Notes under the pieces: generated by a model
What the model was told of the DNA's origin: nothing
The model's input: only the letters and a program-made list of their open reading frames with translations
Database searches by the model: none
Position numbers and translations under genes: made by a program
Shown: positions 25,194-32,000 of the stretch, piece by piece
How positions within the stretch are numbered: position 1 is the stretch's first letter
How the letters are laid out: the number at the start of each line of letters is the position of its first letter
Origin: Acidothermus cellulolyticus 11B
Lineage (GTDB): Bacteria > Actinomycetota > Actinomycetes > Acidothermales > Acidothermaceae
NCBI RefSeq assembly: GCF_000015025.1
Contig: NC_008578.1
Coordinates: forward strand, 2,160,001 to 2,192,000
Reading direction: 5' to 3'
DNA: 32,000 bases

Positions 25194-26311
25194 AGCCATC
25201 GCTCGAGAGGACGCCCCAGCGCGTGATACCACTTCCGAAGGTGGCACCGGGCAGTCACGTACCCGGCACGCACTGCCGCACGGGCCGAGCGCGAACCGGA
25301 ATCACGCCTCAGGGCGCGGTAGCGTCGCCAATCGGCCAGCGTGGTGTATTCGACGCCCAGACTCATGACAAACGCAAGATACTCGTCAACATCCTCCGGG
25401 AGACCAAAAACAATGATGTCGCAGGCGTGACTGATCGCCACGCTTGCCAGATGACGGCGCGCCGCTCGGTGCCACTCGTCACTTTCGGGCGGTCGCGCCG
25501 ACCAGGCGGCGAAAAAAGACTCAAGCGCCGCCTGCCGCTGCCTGAGATCGGCGATCTTCTGGCCGTACGTCGTCCGCGCCATACTGGCGGAATGCACGCG
25601 ATAATAGGCTTGTGGGGGTCCAACCAATTGGACAATGCTGCCCTGTGTGGCGACCCGCAGCCACATCTCAAAATCTGCACTATGCGGCAGGTGTGCACTG
25701 TATCCACCGACGCGTCGCTGAACCTCCGAGCGGACGACGACCTCCGGCGATGCGATCGGATCCCAGCCGAGGCGGCAGATCTTCTCGATCCACGCGGTGC
25801 CGTCCATCGTTACCGCACGAATCCGTGATCGGCGCTCTCGGTGCACGCAATCGTCCGGGTCCACGTGGCGGCAAATGGCGACCCGTCCGTAGACCATCGC
25901 GATACCGTCGTCGCTTTCCAGAACGTCTACAGCTCGGCTAAGGCTGCCAGGAGCGAGAAAATCGTCGGCGGAAACAAGTGCGAAGTATTTTCCTCGCAAG
26001 ACGCTGATGCCTTCGTTGTACGTTGCGATGTGCCCCAGATTGATAGCGTGTCGCATAAGGCGCACTCGGGGGTCGGAGTTGGCGAGTTGCTCGGCGACCT
26101 CGGCACTGTCATCCGTCGACGCGTCATCGATGACGAGCACATCGACATCTACGCCGTCCTGACTCAGGATGCTTTTCACACAGCGCGGGAGATACCGGCC
26201 GTAGTTGTAGCAGGGGACCAATACCGTCACAGTCGGCAGACCAGTCCGCTGCCGCCGCGTCCCGCTCACGGTGCGGGTGCTTGGACTTCGCACGTCAACG
26301 AGCTTCGCCAT
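25190..26311 (-). CDS. Glycosyltransferase family 2
   Basis: 373 aa. TVTVLVPCYNYGRYLPRCVKSILSQDGVDVDVLVIDDASTDDS is the GT-A N-terminus with a DxD-type DDAS. FALVSADDF follows. Confidence 0.85.
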   Translation of the reverse strand: MAKLVDVRSPSTRTVSGTRRQRTGLPTVTVLVPCYNYGRYLPRCVKSILSQDGVDVDVLVIDDASTDDSAEVAEQLANSDPRVRLMRHAINLGHIATYNEGISVLRGKYFALVSADDFLAPGSLSRAVDVLESDDGIAMVYGRVAICRHVDPDDCVHRERRSRIRAVTMDGTAWIEKICRLGWDPIASPEVVVRSEVQRRVGGYSAHLPHSADFEMWLRVATQGSIVQLVGPPQAYYRVHSASMARTTYGQKIADLRQRQAALESFFAAWSARPPESDEWHRAARRHLASVAISHACDIIVFGLPEDVDEYLAFVMSLGVEYTTLADWRRYRALRRDSGSRSARAAVRAGYVTARCHLRKWYHALGRPLERWL

Positions 26312-26344
26312 CCGAGCGCCGCTACCTCCGTACTCTCCGCAATC

Positions 26345-29300
26345 TCAGTTGGACGTGAAGACGACATCGACCCAGTAGTTGGTCGCATTGTATGAATCGG
26401 TCGGCATGACCCCACCGCTTCCGTAGCGGTAGACGCCGTTGCCCTGCGCTGCCGGGGACGAGAGCGCAACGAGCGGTCCCGAACTGACGCCGTTGCTCGT
26501 GAAATATCCCGGATCGGCTGCGTAATGGCCGTTCGGCGCGTAGTACGAGGCGACATACACCACCCCCGGCTGAACCGGCACCGGCGCACTGAAGTCAGCC
26601 TCCTGCCAGCCGCTCGCCGTCTCGTTGGTGAACGTCACCGTGGCAAGCAGGTTCCCGTCGGCATCCCACAGACTGCCCGTGTGCGTTCCGTCGTTGCCGG
26701 CTCCCTTGTAGAACCGGATGCCCGTGATGAACCCGGCCTGGGTGGTTTCAAAGCGGAGCCCAAGCTCGACGGAACTGCCTTCGTTGACGGACGCTTGGAC
26801 CGGTACGGTGGCGGCTGACCATATGGAGCACGGACACGGCACAGACGGCGGCGGAGGCGGTGACGCCGTGTAAAGCACGTCCACCCAGTAATTCGTCGCG
26901 TTGTACGTGTTCGTCGGGAAGGCATCGACGGGACTGTAGCTGTAGACGCCGTTACCGCCGACATCCGCTGACGCCGGCGCGACGAGCGGACCCGCCGAGC
27001 GTGCGGCCGCGAAGTAATTCGGCGACGCAACGTAGTGGCCGTTTGGCGCGAAATACGAGGCGACGTACGTTTGTCCGGCTGTCACCGCCACCGGGGTGCT
27101 GAACGTAACGGTCTGCCAGCCGGTCGCAGACTCGTTCGCGAAGGTCGCCCGCGCCAGCAGCTGACCGCTTGCCGTCCACAGGCTTCCGCTGTGCACGCCG
27201 GTATTGTTCGTTGATTTGTAGAAGCGAATACCGGTGATGTACCCATCTGCAGTTGGCGTGAATTTCACACCGACCACAACACTGTTCGGGTCGTTCGCCT
27301 CGCCGGCGTTCGGTTGCAGCGCGGTGGACCAGAGCGAGCATGGACAACCGCTTGGATCGCCCGCTGTCGTGAACGACCACGTGTAGGGCGGTATCGAGAG
27401 GCCGGTGAACGGATCCACCGCCGTCACGTTCACGGTGTACGTGGTACCGGCGCTGAATGGCGCGGCCGGTGTCCACGTGGCCGTGTAGGTGGTCGCGTCG
27501 TACGTGAGCGTGCCGGTCAGGGCCATGCCGGTGTCGGTGACCGTCAGTGCCACCGATGACGGGTCGACCGCGCCGCTGAACGTCAGCGACACCGGTGATG
27601 TCGTGGGTGCGCCGGTCGACCCGGCGGCGGGGCTGACCGTTGCAACGGTTGCGCCGCTGGTCGGCGGTGTGAAGACGACGTCCACCCAGTAATTCGTGGC
27701 GTTGTAGCTGCTCGACGGGAATCCGCCGCCCGTGCTGTAACGGAAGACACCGTTGCCGCCGCTGCCGCCCGAGCTCGGCGCCGTCAGCGGGCCGTTCGAA
27801 TACGCGGCGTTGAAGTACCCGCCCGTTGCGGCGTAATGCCCGTTCGGCGCGTAATACGAGGCGACATAGGTTTGCCCGGCCTTTACCGGCACCGGCGACG
27901 AGAAGACGGCGACCTGCCATCCGGTCGCGCTTTCGTTGGTGAAGGTGACGGACGCGAGCAACGTGCCGTCAGCGGACCACAGATGTCCGACGTGCGTCCC
28001 CGTGTTCCCGTTCCCCTTGTAGAACTTGATGGCGGACACGTAGCCATCTCGGCTGGTCGTGAATTTCACGCCGAGTTCCACACTGCTGGCGTCGTCGACA
28101 GCCGCAACTGCCGGCGCCGCTGACTCGCTCCACAAGGCGCATGGGCACGTCGGCGCCGTCCCGGCAGTGGTGAACGACCACGCGTACGGGTTGGAAGGCA
28201 CCCCATCCGCAGCGGCGGTCGCCTGCACGGTGACGTCGACTACCGAGCCAGCGGGCAGCGCGCTGCTGGGCGTGAAGGTCACGGTGGTGCCGTCGGTGCT
28301 CAACGTCACGATGCCCGATACCGGCGCTCCACTCGCGTCAAGCACCACGGTCACGCTCGGCGAGGTGACCGGTTTGTCAAACGTAATGGTGATTTCCGCC
28401 GTCGGGTCCACATTCGTTGCGCCGGCGGCTGGAGTCGTCGCAACAACCTGCGGGGCCAGCTGCGCGTTGGTGAAAATCGGATCCACCCAGTAATTGCTCG
28501 CTTGATAGGACTGGGACGGAAAAGCGTTCGTCGCAGCATACGTGAATACACCGTTCCCCGGGGTCGCGGCGGCGGTGAGCGGACCCACGGTCAGCGTACC
28601 GGTGAAGAAGTTCGGGGTCGCGGTGTAGTGACCTTGCGGTGCCAGGTAGGAGACGACGTACGTCGTCCCGGCACTCACCGCGACCGGCGTCGCGAAATTG
28701 ACCTGTTGCCAACCGGTCGTCGTCTCGTTGGTGAACGTCGCCGCCGCGAGAAGCTGACCGGCCGCGGTCCACAGGCTTCCCACGTGGGTACCGCCGTTCC
28801 CCACGCCCTTGTAGAACTTCACCCCGGTCACATATCCGTTGACCGCCGGCGTGAAGCGAAGGCCCAGATTGACGCTCAACGAGTCGTTAGCCGGGGCTGC
28901 CGACGGCGTACCCGCCGACGGCCAGAACGAGCATGGGCACGGCGCGGCATTTGTCGTGGTGAACGACCACTGGTAGGGCGCGATCGGGAGTCCGCTCGCC
29001 GCGGCGCGTGCATCAAGCGTGACGGTGTACGGCGTGCCGGCGGCGAGGGGCGTGCTTGGCGTGAAGGTCGCGGTGCGGCTGGCGGTGTCATACGACGTCG
29101 TGCCGTTGATGGTCAGACCATTCTGACTTACCTGGAAGACGACCGAACCGGGGTCGACATCGCCGGTGAAGGTTGCGGTGATCGGATTTGTCGTCGCGGC
29201 ACCGGTCGCACCGTTGGCGGGAGTCACCGCCGAGACCGTGACACTGTGGTCCGGCGTGACGAAGACCACGTCAACCCAGTAGTTCGTGTTGTCGTATGAC

Positions 29301-31702
29301 TGGTTCGGGAAAATCGTGCCTGAGCCGTAGGCGAAAACCCCGTTGCCGCCTATCGCGGGGCCGCTCGGTGCAACGAGCGGCTCGCTGGTGACGCCGGACG
29401 TCTCGAAGTAGAACGGTTGCGCGGCGTAGTGACCGTTCGGCGCGTGGTACGAGGCGATATACGTCTGCCCCGCTTTCACCGCGATGGGCGTGGCGAAAGT
29501 GACCTGCTGCCAGCCGGACGTGGTTTCATTAGTGAACGTCGCCGTCGCCAGCAGTTGGCCTGAGCTGCTCCACAAGCTCCCGACATGCGTTCCCGTGTTG
29601 GTCGACAGCTTGTAGAACCGCACGCCGGTCACGTAACCGTCCTCCGTCGGCTGGAATTTGACCCCGACCTCGACGGACGACGGGTCGCTTTCGGAATAGT
29701 CCGGCGATCCCGCACCCTCGCCGCTGGACGCCGTTATCTGCGGGGGTGGCGGCGGCGCCGACGATGTTGGCCAGATCGTGCACGGGCAGCCGCGGGGCGC
29801 GACGGTGACGATTTCTGTCACCGGCGAGGACGTATTCACCGAGTCATCGGTTGCCCGAACCGCGAGCGTCACCTGCCCCGATGTCGTCGGCGTCCACGTG
29901 TACTGCCAGGACGTCGTTCCTGTCGCGGGGTGCCACGTTTGCCCGCCGTCCACCGACACCTCGACCCCGGCGACCACTCCACCAACGTCACTTGCCGTTC
30001 CGGAAATCGTCACGGGGCTGGCGACCGTCAGGGTGCTCGACGACGTCGGCGACGAAATCGTCACCGTCGGCGGCGTGGTGTCCGTGGATGGCGACGCCGG
30101 CACCAGTCCGCTCATCAGCGTCTGAGGTTGTACGCCCATGTCCGCGAAAAGGTTCACTGTGGCCTGCTGCATGCGCGGGTCGGCAGGCGACGTCGTACCA
30201 TCGTGATCGTCGTCAAGTCCCCACGCCCACTGCACCGTGCCGGCGCCGAAAACGAGCGCCCCGCTCGGTGCCCGATACAAGGTGAGACTGTGGGTGACCG
30301 TGCCCTGCGCCACGGTGTTTCCGTAGTCAATCATTTTCTGTGGGACGGACTCGACGGTTGATGACAAGTCGATGAGGCCGGCGGGTCGGAAGCCGTTGTC
30401 GACATCGGAGTCGAATTCGTATCCGAGGGTGTTGGGCGCCAAGGTCGCGGTCTGACCGGGACCAAGGCTGGCCACCGACGTGTTCCGCCAGATGCGATCC
30501 CTGCTGTACGGGTACGGCACCTGAATGGCGAAGCCGCCGGTATTCGACATGTACATGGTGCCGCTCAACGCATTTTCCGGGTGATACCCGTCACCTTGCG
30601 GATTGATCGGTGGGCCAAAACGCGGGTCCCGCCAGGTGGCGGTGGTCGTCGTCGGTTCCAACGGGTCGATGGGCCCGTTCGCCCAGGTCTCCTTGTAACT
30701 GACCAGCGTGCGGTACGGCGTGTTCGAGCCGTCAACGCTGGGTTCCCACCGAGTCTTCCAATAAATTTCGTTGCCGCTGAAGAAGGCGAGATTGACGCCG
30801 GCGTCGCGGGCCGCTTCGACGTTCGCACGCTGTTCGCCCGACCAGTACTCGTCATGTCCGACCGATAAGAAGATGCGATGGTTGAGGAGCAGGCTGCCGT
30901 TGCGCGCAGTGTCAACGCCGGAAATGTAACTGACGTCGTATCCATTCCGCTCCAGGAAGCGGATCATCGGATATTCGTTGCTGAACAAGTAATCACGGCC
31001 GTCGTTGTCGCCCCGCGTCGAGAACGGCCGATTGTAGCTGATCTTGTATGCCCGGCCGTTGCTCCCGGTGTAGAAGTCCGCACCGCCGTAGGTGTTGTAC
31101 GCCTCCCAGGTGGTGTCCGACGTCTGGAAGACGATGTCGGAGTGGCTCGAGTCGTCGCGGACGACAAAGGGAATCTGACTCTGCCCGCCGGTGTCGGTCC
31201 GGGTGAGAACCGCCAGGTACACCCCGGAGACGGCCGTGGTTGGTACCGTCCAGGAGGCCGAGACGGCCCAGTCTCCGCAGTCGACCAACTGGGTGGCCGG
31301 ATCGGTGATGCAGGCCGGCTGATTCTGCGGCAAGGCCGCCGACGGCGTGATGCTCGCAATCTTGCGCGCTCCGTCGCCGCCATACCAGCCCAGGCGGTAA
31401 ATGTCGATCGTGTATGCGGACGCGTCGGTCGAAATTTTGAAGTACTCGGTCTGGCCGATGTTCACGCTCATGTCGGTGGCGAAACCCTGGATGGTCGGAT
31501 CGCCGACGCCGGTCACGTCCCAGACGCTCTCCGGGGTCCCCGGTTTGGAGTTCTCGCAGACGATCGGGTTGCTCCCCGGTCCGCACGGCGATGTCGCGGC
31601 GGAAGCCGCCGGCTGTGCAGCGAGCAGTCCTCCTGCTGCCAAAGCAGCCGCCGCGAACACCCGCGCCACGTGCAGCGACCTCGTCGTTATCCGCGCCATC
31701 AT
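26345..31702 (-). CDS. Giant secreted multidomain protein: signal peptide, N,N-dimethylformamidase-beta-like domain, Ig-like domain, then 5 x DUF4082 interleaved with 3 Big_5/SbsA-type Ig-like domains
   Basis: 1785 aa. Signal peptide MMARITTRSLHVARVFAAAALAAGGLLAAQPAASA. The N-terminal ~500 aa carry IVCENSKPGTPESVWDV and FLSVGHDEYWSGEQRANVEAARDAGVNLAFFSGNEIYWKTRWE, which I recognise as DMFase large-subunit-like motifs (moderate certainty). Five modules start at CPC[TSA][ILF]W and end at NYWVD. Each contains [LV]G[VL][KR]F.....G[YF][IV][TS][GA][IV][RK]FYK...N.GTH.G.LW...G.LLA..TF.NE...GWQ. The ATG overlaps the DegT stop (ATGA at 31699-31702). Confidence 0.85.
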   Translation of the reverse strand: MMARITTRSLHVARVFAAAALAAGGLLAAQPAASAATSPCGPGSNPIVCENSKPGTPESVWDVTGVGDPTIQGFATDMSVNIGQTEYFKISTDASAYTIDIYRLGWYGGDGARKIASITPSAALPQNQPACITDPATQLVDCGDWAVSASWTVPTTAVSGVYLAVLTRTDTGGQSQIPFVVRDDSSHSDIVFQTSDTTWEAYNTYGGADFYTGSNGRAYKISYNRPFSTRGDNDGRDYLFSNEYPMIRFLERNGYDVSYISGVDTARNGSLLLNHRIFLSVGHDEYWSGEQRANVEAARDAGVNLAFFSGNEIYWKTRWEPSVDGSNTPYRTLVSYKETWANGPIDPLEPTTTTATWRDPRFGPPINPQGDGYHPENALSGTMYMSNTGGFAIQVPYPYSRDRIWRNTSVASLGPGQTATLAPNTLGYEFDSDVDNGFRPAGLIDLSSTVESVPQKMIDYGNTVAQGTVTHSLTLYRAPSGALVFGAGTVQWAWGLDDDHDGTTSPADPRMQQATVNLFADMGVQPQTLMSGLVPASPSTDTTPPTVTISSPTSSSTLTVASPVTISGTASDVGGVVAGVEVSVDGGQTWHPATGTTSWQYTWTPTTSGQVTLAVRATDDSVNTSSPVTEIVTVAPRGCPCTIWPTSSAPPPPPQITASSGEGAGSPDYSESDPSSVEVGVKFQPTEDGYVTGVRFYKLSTNTGTHVGSLWSSSGQLLATATFTNETTSGWQQVTFATPIAVKAGQTYIASYHAPNGHYAAQPFYFETSGVTSEPLVAPSGPAIGGNGVFAYGSGTIFPNQSYDNTNYWVDVVFVTPDHSVTVSAVTPANGATGAATTNPITATFTGDVDPGSVVFQVSQNGLTINGTTSYDTASRTATFTPSTPLAAGTPYTVTLDARAAASGLPIAPYQWSFTTTNAAPCPCSFWPSAGTPSAAPANDSLSVNLGLRFTPAVNGYVTGVKFYKGVGNGGTHVGSLWTAAGQLLAAATFTNETTTGWQQVNFATPVAVSAGTTYVVSYLAPQGHYTATPNFFTGTLTVGPLTAAATPGNGVFTYAATNAFPSQSYQASNYWVDPIFTNAQLAPQVVATTPAAGATNVDPTAEITITFDKPVTSPSVTVVLDASGAPVSGIVTLSTDGTTVTFTPSSALPAGSVVDVTVQATAAADGVPSNPYAWSFTTAGTAPTCPCALWSESAAPAVAAVDDASSVELGVKFTTSRDGYVSAIKFYKGNGNTGTHVGHLWSADGTLLASVTFTNESATGWQVAVFSSPVPVKAGQTYVASYYAPNGHYAATGGYFNAAYSNGPLTAPSSGGSGGNGVFRYSTGGGFPSSSYNATNYWVDVVFTPPTSGATVATVSPAAGSTGAPTTSPVSLTFSGAVDPSSVALTVTDTGMALTGTLTYDATTYTATWTPAAPFSAGTTYTVNVTAVDPFTGLSIPPYTWSFTTAGDPSGCPCSLWSTALQPNAGEANDPNSVVVGVKFTPTADGYITGIRFYKSTNNTGVHSGSLWTASGQLLARATFANESATGWQTVTFSTPVAVTAGQTYVASYFAPNGHYVASPNYFAAARSAGPLVAPASADVGGNGVYSYSPVDAFPTNTYNATNYWVDVLYTASPPPPPSVPCPCSIWSAATVPVQASVNEGSSVELGLRFETTQAGFITGIRFYKGAGNDGTHTGSLWDADGNLLATVTFTNETASGWQEADFSAPVPVQPGVVYVASYYAPNGHYAADPGYFTSNGVSSGPLVALSSPAAQGNGVYRYGSGGVMPTDSYNATNYWVDVVFTSN
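26348..29788 (-). repeat. Intragenic array of five DUF4082-coding modules (~480-530 nt each)
   Basis: Approximate module spans, from the first CPC cysteine codon to the NYWVD end, are 29788-29260, 28939-28468, 28147-27668, 27346-26870 and 26836-26348. Start-to-start spacings are 849, 792, 801 and 510 nt. The first three gaps hold Ig-like domains, and the fourth is only a poly-Pro linker (SPPPPPSVP). DNA-level similarity is partial, but identical stretches occur, for example the 19-mer CGTCCACCCAGTAATTCGT at 26878 and 27679. Confidence 0.85.
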
Positions 31703-32000
31703 CGAACCGCTCCTGTCTCGTGAGCCAACGGCGAGCCATCGCCGGGTGATGTCTCACCGACGGTCAACGCCTCGCGAAGAGTGTCGATGACCACGTCACA
31801 CTGCGACGTCGTCATGCCCGGAAAGATCGGAAGGGAGAGAATCTGCGTCGCCGCCCGCTCCGCGACAGGAAAGTCACCCGCACGATAGCCCAATCCCACA
31901 TACCCGGGTTGCAGGTGCACTGGTATCGGGTAATGCACCGCGGCACCGATACCGGCTCGGTTCAACGCCGCAAGGACGGAGTCACGGCGCGGAATTCGGA
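31699..32000 (-). CDS. DegT/DnrJ/EryC1/StrS-family sugar aminotransferase, C-terminal part (5' end outside the window)
   Basis: The frame is open to the window edge (…RIPRRDSVLAALNRAGIGAAVHYPIPVHLQPGYVGLGYRAGDFPVAERAATQILSLPIFPGMT). HYP.P.H.QP.Y and LSLP..P.(l/m)t are typical C-terminal motifs of this PLP-enzyme family. Confidence 0.8.
   Translation of the reverse strand, partial: RIPRRDSVLAALNRAGIGAAVHYPIPVHLQPGYVGLGYRAGDFPVAERAATQILSLPIFPGMTTSQCDVVIDTLREALTVGETSPGDGSPLAHETGAVR

Noticed and set aside
29790-31600. Calling the N-terminal domain of the giant protein an actual N,N-dimethylformamidase
   Set aside because: Only fold-family motifs are recognisable. The protein is secreted and embedded in a glycan locus, so a DMF-hydrolysing role is implausible. 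It is labelled DMFase-beta-like only.
26952-31757. Multiple 250-320-aa ORFs inside the giant gene (26952-27920 minus, 28502-29299 plus, 29585-30361 plus, 30878-31723 plus, 30993-31757 minus)
   Set aside because: These are off-frame or antisense shadows of the 1785-aa ORF. They are Arg-rich with no domain signatures.
1-32000. Horizontal-transfer island or mobile element signatures
   Set aside because: I saw no integrase, transposase, tRNA target, flanking direct repeats or marked GC shift. Only short promoter-like AT-richer patches occur at about 5130-5230 and 18030-18120.

Overview
High-GC, Actinomycetota-like chromosomal window. The left edge carries the 3' part of a GT2 glycosyltransferase and the housekeeping transcription-repair coupling factor mfd. 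From about 4.5 kb to the right edge the window is one large cell-envelope glycan or exopolysaccharide-type accessory locus with five parts. (i) A small Tat-signal plus LPXTG Pro/Ser-rich surface protein. (ii) Divergent from it, a tightly coupled PqqD-like (RRE) / GT4 / CE4-deacetylase operon followed by an HPr-kinase-like gene. (iii) Convergent with that, MFS / TolB-like beta-propeller / GT4 / NTP_transf_5-type nucleotidyltransferase. (iv) A Wzz-like membrane protein. (v) A ~17 kb run of 11 minus-strand genes: DegT-type aminotransferase, a 1785-aa secreted protein (DMFase-beta-like domain, Ig-like domains, five DUF4082 modules), GT2, an ABC-2 exporter (ATPase and permease), GT1/4, a Wzz-like protein, a Wzy/O-antigen-ligase-like protein fused to a Wzz-like module, and three tandem paralogous secreted right-handed beta-helix proteins, one carrying a sixth DUF4082. 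I saw no rRNA, tRNA, CRISPR, transposase or integrase by eye, and no priming phosphoglycosyl transferase or Wzx flippase in the window. The most unusual points are these. The peptide-maturation-type trio (PqqD/RRE, HprK-like kinase, NTP_transf_5) sits among sugar-active enzymes with no RiPP cyclase, protease or clear precursor. The giant protein is a DUF4082 array. The beta-helix gene is triplicated. Wzy, Wzz and ABC export components are mixed in one gene string. Perfect tandem repeats flank the kinase-like gene. All family calls come from motif recognition by eye, and no searches were run.
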